DNA of 64,000 nucleotides from Candidatus Latescibacterota bacterium (GCA_965204745.1 OZ242010.1:4160001-4224000); one strand, 5' to 3'; counted from the stretch's first letter, positions 48,042 to 58,052 are shown. Numbers and translations: made by a program. Notes: generated from the letters alone by a model not told the origin.

Positions 48042-48765
48042 ACTGACAACGGACAGTATTCAGTGGTCAGCCCCCACCTGACCCTACCGCCCAAGTAGTC
48101 AGTAGTCAGTCCCCGCCCGCGCCCCACCGCTATGTTCGTTAGAATTAGTCAACTGACAATGCGAATTAAGAGTAGAAAGCGAGTAGGAAGCAAGCCGAGA
48201 CCAATCGCCCAAAGACATGGACGAGTCATCCATTACCGAATCGCCTTTTAGAACTCGTCGTAAAACAAACGATAGATGTTCTTCCCCTTCCTCGTAGGAC
48301 CTATCCCCCCGGCCCCCTTTCCTACAAGGAAAGGGGGAGCGCATGGCTTTTTGAAGGTTTGTCTCCCTGGCTGTTCTGATGGCTTTGAGCAAATAGATCA
48401 CGCCCTGGAAACCCAAACCCCTCGCACAACCTCTCGCCATTCCCCCCTTCCTCACAGGCACAGGCGTAGCCTACAACGAAGCGTAGCGAGTAACGGGGCC
48501 AGGGGGGTAGGTCCCAATAAATGGATGCAACGCTTTATTCGCATTGACCACTGACCACTGACCACTGACCACTGACCACTGACCACTGACCACTGACCAC
48601 TGACAACGGACAGTATTCAGTGGTCAGCCCCCACCTGACCCTACCGCCCAAGTAGTCAGTAGTCAGTCCCCGCCCGCTCCCCACCGCTATGTTCGTTAGA
48701 ATTAGTCAACTGACAACTGACAACTGACCACTGACCACTGACCACTGACAACTGACCACTGACAA
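48042..48765. repeat. 118-bp direct repeats (element C) and (TGACCAC)n arrays bracketing a MITE
   Basis: 48042-48159 matches 48599-48716 (1 mismatch seen); about 8 heptamers at 48545-48600. Confidence 0.88.
48159..48544 (-). mobile_element. MITE, complete copy (opposite orientation)
   Basis: ATGCGAATTAAG...CTTTATTCGCAT; flanks TGACA/TGACC. Confidence 0.78.
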
Positions 48766-48769
48766 CGCC

Positions 48770-50269
48770 ATGAACCTTCACAACTATGACGCAGTGATCA
48801 TCGGAACGGGATTCGGCGGTAGCGCGTGCGCGTATGCGTTGGCCGTGGCCGGGATGAAGGTGTTGGTACTGGAACGCGGCGCGTGGGCACGGCGCGATGC
48901 CGGGGATTGGGACCCGCGTGCGGTGCTGATCGAAAAGAGCTATCGAGGGCCGTCGCCGATTTGCGTCAGGCAATACGAGGATCGGGGGTTTTCCGATGTG
49001 GTCGAGAACGAAGTGGTGGGCGGGATGTCCGTTTTTTATGGCGGGGCATCGCTCAGGTTGCGCGAGCGCGATTTGGAGGCGTGGCCCATTTCGTATTCGG
49101 ACTTGGCGCCGTATTACGACAGTGCGGAACGCCTGCTAGAAGTTCACGGCGAAGCGGGCGCAGATCCGTGCGAACCCCCGAGAGCGGGCGATTATGCGTA
49201 TCCACCCATCGCACTCACGCGGCCCGCACAGCGCGTTTGGGATGCCGGGCGCGCCTTGGGGCATCGGCCCTTTCGCATGCCGATGGCGATCAATTTTTCC
49301 AACCAGGCGCGCACGCTTTGTGTTCGGTGTTTGACCTGCGATGGATTTCCCTGCCGCATCGAGGCCAAAAACGATGTCGCGATGACCTTGCTCAACTTGG
49401 CACAGGAGGCCGGGGCCGAGGTCGTGACCGGCGTGCAGGTCGCACAGCTCGTTTGCAAGCGCGGGCGCGTGCAGGCGGTGGCGTGCGTGAATCGGCGGAC
49501 CAAAGCGGCGTTTGACGTGCCTGCTCCGGTTGCGGTTGTCGCCGCGGGCGCGTTGCAAAGTCCGGCGATTTTGTTGCGGTCGGGGCTGCGCCGATTTCCG
49601 CAGGGCGATTTGATCGGGCGTTTTTTGATGCGCCATTGCAATGCGGTTGTGGCAGGTGTGTTTCCCTTTCGCACCAATCCCGAGGGCACGTTTCACAAGC
49701 AGGTGTGCTTTTCCGATTTTTACGAGGCGTGCCGGGATTTGGACGGGCGCGCTGTCGGGGTGATTCAGGATATTTACACGCCGCCGTCCATTGCGTTGAA
49801 GCACCACGCGCCGTTTGGATTGAAGCATCTGACGGGACTGGCGGCTGGTCTGTTGCAAAATTTGTTGTGCATTGCCGAAGATGAGCCCCTGCCCGAAAAC
49901 CGCGTTACACTGGCCGATGAGAAGGATGCGTTTGGCATCCGGCGCGTGCGAGTCGCGCATCGCTATACGCCGCGGGATTGCGACCGCCGCGATTATCTCG
50001 TCGCAAAGGCCAAGGGGATTTTGCGCGCGGCGGGCGCGCTTTTTTTTTACGCGTACCGCATCGATACGTTTTCCCACGGCGTTGGGTCCGTGCGGATGGG
50101 CACTGACGCAACGACGAGTGTGTTAGACGCGAATTGCCAGTTCCGCGGGCTGGACAATTTGTTCGTAACCGACGGGAGCGCGTTCCCCACCTCGGGCGGC
50201 GTGAACCCGAGTTTGACTATCGCGGCAAATGCACTGCGGGTGGGGGATTGTATTTTGAAGAGCAGGTAA
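48770..50269 (+). CDS. GMC family FAD oxidoreductase
   Basis: IIGTGFGG..A..L, VLERG, HGVGSVRMG, DGSAFPTSGGVNPSLTI. Confidence 0.93.
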   Translation: MNLHNYDAVIIGTGFGGSACAYALAVAGMKVLVLERGAWARRDAGDWDPRAVLIEKSYRGPSPICVRQYEDRGFSDVVENEVVGGMSVFYGGASLRLRERDLEAWPISYSDLAPYYDSAERLLEVHGEAGADPCEPPRAGDYAYPPIALTRPAQRVWDAGRALGHRPFRMPMAINFSNQARTLCVRCLTCDGFPCRIEAKNDVAMTLLNLAQEAGAEVVTGVQVAQLVCKRGRVQAVACVNRRTKAAFDVPAPVAVVAAGALQSPAILLRSGLRRFPQGDLIGRFLMRHCNAVVAGVFPFRTNPEGTFHKQVCFSDFYEACRDLDGRAVGVIQDIYTPPSIALKHHAPFGLKHLTGLAAGLLQNLLCIAEDEPLPENRVTLADEKDAFGIRRVRVAHRYTPRDCDRRDYLVAKAKGILRAAGALFFYAYRIDTFSHGVGSVRMGTDATTSVLDANCQFRGLDNLFVTDGSAFPTSGGVNPSLTIAANALRVGDCILKSR

Positions 50270-50515
50270 AAAAGCCTCACCAGTGGCGTGACAATTTTAC
50301 GTGATGTAAAAAAATAAAAAGTGTCAGCAGTGCTGACACAAATTCAACCGAATGTCGCCGCAGTGCTCAAAGACGTTTATTTGTTGGCGTTTCTCGACTT
50401 ACCGACCGACCACTGCAAGCCAAATTGCAAGCGTTCTATTTGCAATGCGAAGCCGCAAAAGAACGCGGCAAATGAGCTTTGAAAAATATTCTGACGCTTT
50501 GCGAGAAAGATAGTC

Positions 50516-51478
50516 ATGGACGATTTGTCTTTTCAGAAACCGCGTATATGTATTCTCGGATGCGGGCGGATCGGCGCGCTTCATGCCCAGAATTTGCGGG
50601 GGAGGGCCGCGTTGTATTTTTGCAGTCGGTCGCGGGACAGCGCGCAGAAGTTTTATACCGCATTTCACGGGCACGGGATGTTTGGCGATCTGGATGCGGT
50701 CTTGGCGAGCGACATAGATGCGGTGGTGATCGCGTCGCCGCCGGATCAGCACGCGGATCAAGTGGTCGCGCTGTTGGCGGCGGGCAAGGCCGTGCTGGTC
50801 GAAAAACCGATGTGCGTTTCGCCAGAGGAACTCGCGGAGATCGAGGCGGCGTTGGCGCAGGTCGAATCGCCTTTGTTGATGGTCGCCGAGAATTATTATT
50901 ACAAACCCTCGCTGGCACGGCTCAAGCACCTGATTGCACGCGGTCACATCGGCGAGGTGCGGGCGGTGTCCGTGAAAAAACTCGCGATGCAACAGGCGCG
51001 GGGCTGGCGCAGTGCGTATGGCGCGCTGTTAGAGGGCGGGATTCATTTTGTCGCGCTGATTTCGGATTTGTTCGACGCCGCGCCCGAAGAGGTGGAGGCG
51101 ATTTTCCCCGGGTATTCCGGGCGCGGGGCAGAGCGCGAATCCGCGTTGCGGATGGTGTATGACAATGGCGCGTGTGGCGAGTTGCATTACTCATGGCAAA
51201 CGCGGAGTTTGACAAAAGGCGTTTTTCAGCATTCGCATATCGAAGGCACGCACGGGCGAATCGCTTTTGAGAGCAATGGCTTGTATATTTACCAACGCGG
51301 GTTTCGGATCGCGTTGCCGGGGCTGAAGGATTTGATGGGCTATCGCGCGATGACAGATGATTTTTTGGCCTGCTTGCACAACCGCACGCGCGATCCGTAT
51401 TCAAATTTTGCACGCGCAAAACGCGAGTTGGAGATCGTGTTTGAGGCGTATAGGGATTCAGTGGTCAGTGGTCAGTAG
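50516..51478 (+). CDS. Gfo/Idh/MocA family oxidoreductase
   Basis: LGCGRIG, IASPPDQH, VLVEKP, GALLEGGIH. Confidence 0.92.
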   Translation: MDDLSFQKPRICILGCGRIGALHAQNLRGRAALYFCSRSRDSAQKFYTAFHGHGMFGDLDAVLASDIDAVVIASPPDQHADQVVALLAAGKAVLVEKPMCVSPEELAEIEAALAQVESPLLMVAENYYYKPSLARLKHLIARGHIGEVRAVSVKKLAMQQARGWRSAYGALLEGGIHFVALISDLFDAAPEEVEAIFPGYSGRGAERESALRMVYDNGACGELHYSWQTRSLTKGVFQHSHIEGTHGRIAFESNGLYIYQRGFRIALPGLKDLMGYRAMTDDFLACLHNRTRDPYSNFARAKRELEIVFEAYRDSVVSGQ

Positions 51479-51632
51479 GCAGCGGATGATGAAATTCGGG
51501 AAGGAGCGAGACGTGATCGAAGAATGGCGGAGACATGCCGGTGACGCCTATTGATTAGCAGTAAGCAGCAAAGGCCACGGGCGACGCCTATTCTAAAGTC
51601 GCCCAAATTTACTCTCTTATTGGAGGTATCTG

Positions 51633-52718
51633 ATGACAAAATTCGGAATGGTGTTTTTGATGCTCGCAACACTCCTCGTTTCATGTTCTGATTCTGAAAA
51701 GATTGAAACAGAACAGTCGGTTGCGTCCGATTCAGCAAAGGTTGATTCAGACGCATTGGCGTGTGTGAACAAAGGTGGCAAGTGGGGGTTTATCAATAAG
51801 GTCGGTGAGATCGTTATCAATCCGCAATTTGGCTCTGCGGGAGATTTTTCAGAAGGGTTGGCGGTGGTGAGAATCGGTGGCAAGTTTGGGTATATCAATA
51901 AGGCCGGCGAGATCGTTATCAATCCGCAATTTGACGGTCAACCGGGGCCTTTTTCAGAAGGATTGGCACCTGTGGTAATCGGTGGCAAGGTGGGGTATAT
52001 CAATAAGGCCGGCGAGATCGTTATCAATCCGCAATTTTACTCTGCGTGGTCTTTTTCAGAAGGGTTGGCGGTGGTGAGAATCGGTGGCAAGGAGGGCAAG
52101 TGGGGGTATATCAATAAGGCCGGCAAGATCGTTATCAATCCGCAATTTGACTGGGCGGAGCCTCTTTCAGAAGGGTTGGCACTAGTGGAAATCGGTGACA
52201 AGTGGGGGTATATCAATAGGACCGGCGAGATCGTTATCAATCCGCAATTTGACTTTGCGGGGTATTTTTTAGAAGGGTTGGCGGGTGTGAGAATCGGTGG
52301 CAAGCCTAATGATATTGGATTGCTCGTCGGTCGCAAGTATGGATATATCAATAAGGCCGGCGAGTTTGTTATCAAACCGCAATTTGACGATGCCGAGGAT
52401 TTTTCAGAAGGGTTGGCGGTGGTGAATATCGGTGACAAGTATGGATATATCAATAAGGCCGGTGAGTACGTTATCAATCCGCAATTTGACGATGCCGAGG
52501 ATTTTTCAGAAGGGTTGGCGGTGGTGAATATCGGTGACAAGTATGGATATATCAATAAGGCCGGTGAGTACGTTATCAATCCGCAATTTGACGATGCCGA
52601 GGATTTTTCAGAAGGGTTGGCACTGGTGAACATCGGTGGCAAGTATGGGTTTATCAACCGGGCCGGTGAGTTCGTTATCAAACCGCAATTTGACGATGCC
52701 AAGGATTTTTCCAAATGA
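51633..52718 (+). CDS. WG (KWG Leptospira-type) repeat lipoprotein
   Basis: Lipobox LLVSC; about 9 GKWGYINKAGEIVINPQF...FSEGLA repeats, including exact 108-bp duplications. Confidence 0.93.
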   Translation: MTKFGMVFLMLATLLVSCSDSEKIETEQSVASDSAKVDSDALACVNKGGKWGFINKVGEIVINPQFGSAGDFSEGLAVVRIGGKFGYINKAGEIVINPQFDGQPGPFSEGLAPVVIGGKVGYINKAGEIVINPQFYSAWSFSEGLAVVRIGGKEGKWGYINKAGKIVINPQFDWAEPLSEGLALVEIGDKWGYINRTGEIVINPQFDFAGYFLEGLAGVRIGGKPNDIGLLVGRKYGYINKAGEFVIKPQFDDAEDFSEGLAVVNIGDKYGYINKAGEYVINPQFDDAEDFSEGLAVVNIGDKYGYINKAGEYVINPQFDDAEDFSEGLALVNIGGKYGFINRAGEFVIKPQFDDAKDFSK

Positions 52719-52787
52719 TCGCGGGTTTCTGGGCGGCGCCTCTTTCAAAGTCGCCCCATTTTTTTTGTAGCCCGGGGGATAGGTCCC

Positions 52788-54371
52788 ATGAACGACGCAC
52801 AACAACCCATCAATGCCCTGCCCCAAGGGTATCGGCTCCAGGAATATGAACTGGTGCGCGTGCTCGGTTTTGGGGGATTCGGCATGACGTATTTGGGTTT
52901 TGACCACAACTTGGACAAAGCCGTGGCGATCAAGGAATATCTGCCTTCGGATATCGCCATCCGCACAAGCAATAACAGCGTCGTGCCGCAGGCGAGCGAG
53001 TTTCAAGGCGACTTTGAGTGGGGCCTGGAACGCTTTTTGGACGAAGCGCGTACCTTAGCCCGATTTGACCATCGCCATCTCGTCAAGGTGCATCGCTTTT
53101 TTGAAATGCACAACACGGCGTATATCGTGATGGAATACGCCGAGGGCGAGACTTTGTCCGAGTATCTCAACCGCAAAGGGGTGCTAACCGAATCAGAACT
53201 CAAGGCGATTCTGCATCCGATTCTCAAGGGCTTGGCGGCGGTGCATCGTGCAGATTTTCTGCATCGGGACATCAAACCTGGCAACATCGTCATTCGCGCC
53301 GAGGATCGCTCGCCTGTGTTGATCGACTTTGGCGCGGCGCGGCAAGCGGTGGGTGCAAAGAGCCGTTCTGTGACCTCCATTGTGACTCCGGGCTACGCGC
53401 CTATCGAACAATATGAAAGCCGGGGCAATCAAGGGCCTTGGACAGATATTTATGCGTTGGCGTGCGTGTGCTATCGCGCCTTGACCGACGATGTGCCGAT
53501 TCCGGCAATGGATAGGGTGCGCCGCGATCCGCTGATTCCGGTTTCGGATCGGTGCAAGGGCCGTGCGAGCCACCAATTTCTCGCCGCCATCGATCACGCG
53601 CTACAAGTAGATGAGACTGCCCGTCCGCAAACAGTATCCGAATGGCGCGCCGAGCTGGGCGACACGCCTGTTGATGTTCCGCCGCCGGTTCCGGCTCCGC
53701 AAATCTCGTCACCGTACGTTGTTGAGCATCCTGAGCCTGCACACGCTCAAGAACCGGTTAAGGAATACAAGGGATTTAGCCGCGTGATGTGGATCGCCTT
53801 GGGCGTGCTTATGCTCGTGTTTATGGTCCTTGAAATTTCTGATTATGTTGAGGAACAACGCAAAGCAGAGATTGCACGCCAAGAGGAAATTGCGCGCCAA
53901 GAAGAATTAGCACGTAGGAGGGCAGAGGAAGCAAGAAAGGCGGAAGAAGCAAGAAGGGCAGAGGAAGCAAGAAGGGCGGAGGAAGCAAGAAGGGCAGAGG
54001 AAGCAAGAAGGGCGGAGGAAGCAAGAAAGGCAGAGGAAGCAAGAAAGGTTGAAATTCCCGATGCCAACCTTCGTGCTGTGATTGAGTACGAGTTGTACAA
54101 GGCACGCGGTGCGCCGATCACACGGGCGGACATGACGCACCTGACGCGGATAGAAGCGTCAGATGCGCGCATTAATGATTTGACAGGGCTTGAGTTTGCA
54201 ACCGGGCTGACAGGCTTAAGCCTTCCCTTCACCCAGATATCGGATATCGCCGCGCTATCGGGATTAACCAACCTGATATCGTTAGACCTTTACGACAACC
54301 CGTTGAGTGCCACATCAATCAACACGCACATTCCGGCCCTTCGGGCCAGAGGGGTTTCGGTGGATTTTTAG
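52788..54371 (+). CDS. Hanks-type Ser/Thr protein kinase with TM helix, EEARRA repeats and internalin-like LRR
   Basis: LGFGGFG, AIKE, HRDIKPGN, DFG; TM helix; 18-bp repeats; VEIPDANLRA...LSGLTNLISLDLYDNPL. Confidence 0.93.
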   Translation: MNDAQQPINALPQGYRLQEYELVRVLGFGGFGMTYLGFDHNLDKAVAIKEYLPSDIAIRTSNNSVVPQASEFQGDFEWGLERFLDEARTLARFDHRHLVKVHRFFEMHNTAYIVMEYAEGETLSEYLNRKGVLTESELKAILHPILKGLAAVHRADFLHRDIKPGNIVIRAEDRSPVLIDFGAARQAVGAKSRSVTSIVTPGYAPIEQYESRGNQGPWTDIYALACVCYRALTDDVPIPAMDRVRRDPLIPVSDRCKGRASHQFLAAIDHALQVDETARPQTVSEWRAELGDTPVDVPPPVPAPQISSPYVVEHPEPAHAQEPVKEYKGFSRVMWIALGVLMLVFMVLEISDYVEEQRKAEIARQEEIARQEELARRRAEEARKAEEARRAEEARRAEEARRAEEARRAEEARKAEEARKVEIPDANLRAVIEYELYKARGAPITRADMTHLTRIEASDARINDLTGLEFATGLTGLSLPFTQISDIAALSGLTNLISLDLYDNPLSATSINTHIPALRARGVSVDF

Positions 54372-54473
54372 TTCAGTGGACAAGGCTTGAACGTTTTGGC
54401 GGTTGTAAGGCTTGTGGGGCGTGCCTACGGTTCGCCCCAACTTCACAAGGAGATGGTTAGCTAAAAAAATACA

Positions 54474-56915
54474 ATGAATTTCGATCACTTCATCACACAG
54501 GTTCGCCGAGACTACGGATATGCGGGGCAGGTCGTGCATGTGGAAACCCTGCCCGCGCAAGACGCGCTGTTTGCCGATGATGACTGCGCGCTGCATCCGG
54601 CGATTGCCGATGCGTTGACGCAACAGGGCATTGATCGGCTCTATACGCATCAGGCCGAGGCCATGTCCGCACTGCGGCGCGGGGAACACATTGTGGTGGT
54701 GACGGCGACGGCGAGTGGCAAGACCTTGTGTTATCAGATTCCGACATTGGAAGCCCTGTTGGACGATCCGCACGGCACCGCGCTATATCTCTTTCCGACC
54801 AAAGCACTGGCGCAGGATCAAGCGCGGGGCCTGGCGCGGTTCGGCGACTTGAACGCGCAGTTGAAGTTTGCGATGGGGACTTATGACGGGGACACGCCGT
54901 CCAATCTCCGCAAGACATTGCGCGAGGAAGGGCGGGTGATTTTGAGCAATCCGGATATGGTCCACGGCGGGGTGTTGCCCAATCATCCACGGTGGGCGCG
55001 CTTTTTTCAGCACTTGCGCCTCGTGGTCTTGGATGAAATCCACACGTATCGCGGGGTGTTTGGCTCGCATGTCGCCAATGTGTTGCGCCGCCTGATGCGA
55101 ATTTGCGCGCACTACGGCGCGCATCCGCAAGTCGCGTGTTGCTCCGCGACCATCGCCAATCCCAAAGCACACGCCGAGGCATTGACCGGCAGGCCGATGT
55201 CCCTGATCGACCGGGATGGATCGCCGCGGGGCAAACGGCAATTCGTGTTCTGGAACCCGCCTTTTTTGCAGGGGTCGACGAGTGACCGGCGCAGTTCAAA
55301 TACCGAGGCGCGGTGGTTGCTCGCCAAACTCATCCACAACCGGGTGCAGACCATTGCGTTTGTGCGGGCGCGCACGGCTGCCGAGGTGCTCTACCGCTAT
55401 GCCCAAGAGGATTTGTCCCGCGTGAACCCGGTGTTGGCCGGCGCGATTCGGGCGTACCGCGGCGGGTACTTGCCGTCTGAACGCCGGGAAATCGAGCAAC
55501 TGTTGTTCGAAGGCGCGCTGTTGGGCGTGGTCAGTACCAATGCGTTGGAGTTGGGCATCGACATCGGCAGCCTAAATGCGGCGTTGATCGTGGGGTACCC
55601 GGGCAGTGTGTCCAGCATGTGGCAACAAGCGGGGCGCGCGGGCCGCTTGTCCGAGACGGCACTGGTGGTTTTCGTGGCGCACAACGCGCCTATCGACCAA
55701 TTTTTGATGCGCGACCCGGCCTATTTTTTTCGACAATCACCCGAACACGCGACTATCGATCCCGACAATCCGCATCTCGTCGTTGGGCATCTGCGCTGCG
55801 CGCTACGCGAGTTGCCCATCCGCGGCGAAGAGGGCGAGGTGATGGGCGAGTTCACGGGCGCGCTGTTGGAGATTTTGTCGGACGAGGGCATGGCGCGGCA
55901 GATCGACGGGCAGTGGTTTTACAGCCGCGGCGGGTACCCTGCCGCAGAGATGGACTTACGCAACATCGGCGAGCCGACCTATGCGATTGTGGCAGACGCC
56001 GCCGAAGGCCCGCAGGTGATCGGGGCCTTGGACGAAATCAGCGCGTTTTTTCAGGTGCATACGCACGCGGTTTATTTGCACAACGGGCAGACGTATTTCG
56101 TGGATCACCTCGACACAGCGCGCAAAATCGCCCGGGTAACTCAAAAGGCGTTGGACTATTACACGCAGGCGGTTGACGAGACGCGCATTGCCGTCAATGA
56201 CGCGGAGGTGTCGGGCGCGTGGCGCGTGAGCGAGGTGTGTTTTGGCGAGGTGTCCGTGTCGTCTTTGGTGACGATGTTCAAGAAGGTGAGGTTCGAGGAC
56301 CGCGACAGCATTGGGTGGGAAAATATCGACCTGCCCGAGCGCACACTCGATACCGCGGCCTGCTGGGTCGTGCCCCCGCAAGCAGGGCTGAATCAGTGCC
56401 GGCAGTACGGGCGCGTGCCATCCGAGGGCCTAAAGGGCATCGCCAATGTGATGGGCGAGGTATTGCCCCTGTTTGCGATGTGCGACGCGATAGATATCGG
56501 CACGACGGTCGAGAGTTCCAACACGGGCCGGCCCACGGCCTTTGTGTACGACCGGTACCCGGGGGGGATCGGGTTTGCCGAAAAGGCCCATGAGATGATC
56601 GAAGACGTGATGACGGCGTGTTGGATGGTGGTGTCCGAGTGCGAGTGCGACGAGGGATGTCCCTCGTGCGTGGGCGCGCCCTTGCCCCCCGGCGGCGATG
56701 GCAATACCCGAGGGGCCATTCCAGACAAAGAGGCCGCGCTCGTTTTGCTACACGCGATGTTGGAAAAAGAGCCTTATGTGCCGCGCCAGCCGCGCCGCGC
56801 GTTTTCCCGTGCAGGGGATGGCACCGAGCGGGTTCATGCGGCGATACCGGTGCGGCCCTTGGCGGCAAATGTCGAGGCGAAAATTCGGAAAAAAGTAAAG
56901 GGGTTTCGGCGATGA
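54474..56915 (+). CDS. DEAD/DEAH-box helicase with DUF1998 (MrfA/YprA/SftH-like)
   Basis: TATASGKT, DEIH, SAT, QQAGRAGR, C-terminal YDRYPGGIG and CECDEGCPSC. Confidence 0.93.
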   Translation: MNFDHFITQVRRDYGYAGQVVHVETLPAQDALFADDDCALHPAIADALTQQGIDRLYTHQAEAMSALRRGEHIVVVTATASGKTLCYQIPTLEALLDDPHGTALYLFPTKALAQDQARGLARFGDLNAQLKFAMGTYDGDTPSNLRKTLREEGRVILSNPDMVHGGVLPNHPRWARFFQHLRLVVLDEIHTYRGVFGSHVANVLRRLMRICAHYGAHPQVACCSATIANPKAHAEALTGRPMSLIDRDGSPRGKRQFVFWNPPFLQGSTSDRRSSNTEARWLLAKLIHNRVQTIAFVRARTAAEVLYRYAQEDLSRVNPVLAGAIRAYRGGYLPSERREIEQLLFEGALLGVVSTNALELGIDIGSLNAALIVGYPGSVSSMWQQAGRAGRLSETALVVFVAHNAPIDQFLMRDPAYFFRQSPEHATIDPDNPHLVVGHLRCALRELPIRGEEGEVMGEFTGALLEILSDEGMARQIDGQWFYSRGGYPAAEMDLRNIGEPTYAIVADAAEGPQVIGALDEISAFFQVHTHAVYLHNGQTYFVDHLDTARKIARVTQKALDYYTQAVDETRIAVNDAEVSGAWRVSEVCFGEVSVSSLVTMFKKVRFEDRDSIGWENIDLPERTLDTAACWVVPPQAGLNQCRQYGRVPSEGLKGIANVMGEVLPLFAMCDAIDIGTTVESSNTGRPTAFVYDRYPGGIGFAEKAHEMIEDVMTACWMVVSECECDEGCPSCVGAPLPPGGDGNTRGAIPDKEAALVLLHAMLEKEPYVPRQPRRAFSRAGDGTERVHAAIPVRPLAANVEAKIRKKVKGFRR

Positions 56916-57964
56916 CCATGGATGATCGGTTGAAGAATTACTTGGAAACCTGGGTGCCCCGCATCGACGCGGAGATGTATCGGTTTTTGCCGATGAATAA
57001 AGAGCCGGTGGATTTTTTGTACGCGCCCATGCGCGATTATCCGCAGCGAGGGGGCAAGCGGTTTCGGTCCGCATTGGTGCTGTTGGGCATTGGCGCGTTT
57101 GGCGGGGATCCGACGGTGGGATTGCGAACCGCGGCGGCGTTTGAGTTGTTCCAGTCCTTCGCACTCGTTCACGACGATATCGAGGATGCGTCTTTGATGC
57201 GGCGCGGCAAGCCGTGTTTGCACCTGATGCACGGGATTCCCCTGAGCATCAACGTAGGAGACGCGCTGTACGCCAAGGTGTTTGAAATTTTGCAGGCCAA
57301 CCGCGAGGTTTTGGGCGATGCAATCACGCTCGATTTGTTGCGCGAGATGATTGTGGGCGCGCAACAAACTTTTGAGGGGCAGGCGTTGGATATCGGGTGG
57401 ATCGACGCGGAAGTGATTCCGAATGTACACGAGTTTATCGAAATGTTGCGGCGCAAGACCGGGTGGTACAGCGGGCGCGGGCCGTGTACGATGGGCGCGA
57501 TGATCGCGGGCGCGGATGGGGCGATGAAGCGGGTGATCGGCGATTTTGGCGAGGCCATTGCGGTCGCGTTTCAAATCCGCGATGATTTGCTCAATCTCTT
57601 GGTCGAAGACGCGGACGAGGCGATGGCCCCTGCGATCACGTCCGGCGGCTATGGCAAGGAGCGCGGCGGCGATATCGCCGAGGGCAAGCGCACGTTGATG
57701 GTGATCGATTTGCTCAACCGATGTACGCCCGAGGAGAATCGCGAGGTGCGCGATATTTTGGATCGAGATCGGGAAGCGACTTCGCAAGACGAGGTGGAGT
57801 GGGTGATCGAGTTGATGGCGGGGTACGGTGCGATAGAAAAGGCGCAACGAGTTTGCCACGCCCGCGCCGAATCCGCCGAGGCGCGCCTCGCGCATTTGCC
57901 ACCTTCGGAATCGCGCGAGGTGCTCAGGGACATGTGTTCGTTTTTGGTGGAACGCGCGTTTTAG
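56912..57964 (+). CDS. polyprenyl diphosphate synthase
   Basis: GGKRFR, LVHDDIED..RRG, GQALD, FQIRDDLL; ATGA overlap with the helicase stop. Confidence 0.95.
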   Translation: MTMDDRLKNYLETWVPRIDAEMYRFLPMNKEPVDFLYAPMRDYPQRGGKRFRSALVLLGIGAFGGDPTVGLRTAAAFELFQSFALVHDDIEDASLMRRGKPCLHLMHGIPLSINVGDALYAKVFEILQANREVLGDAITLDLLREMIVGAQQTFEGQALDIGWIDAEVIPNVHEFIEMLRRKTGWYSGRGPCTMGAMIAGADGAMKRVIGDFGEAIAVAFQIRDDLLNLLVEDADEAMAPAITSGGYGKERGGDIAEGKRTLMVIDLLNRCTPEENREVRDILDRDREATSQDEVEWVIELMAGYGAIEKAQRVCHARAESAEARLAHLPPSESREVLRDMCSFLVERAF

Positions 57965-58023
57965 GTTGCCTTCTTCCTGATGTGGTCAGTCCCTGCCAGT
58001 CACCCCAAAATCGAGATGTGAGA

Positions 58024-58052
58024 CCGTAGGGGCGGTGCCCCTGTGCCCGCCC
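58024..58052 (+). repeat. GTAG-family REP-like palindrome
   Basis: CCGTAGGGGCGGTGCCCCTGTGCCCGCCC. Confidence 0.55.

Noticed and set aside
51770-52715. Regular ~108-bp repeats as CRISPR or DGR template/variable repeats
   Set aside because: In-frame coding WG repeats; differences are not adenine-specific and no reverse transcriptase is present.
54474-56915. DISARM/Druantia defence helicase
   Set aside because: Helicase and DUF1998 are fused in a housekeeping context overlapping a prenyl synthase, and no drm/dru partners are present; fits an MrfA-type repair helicase.
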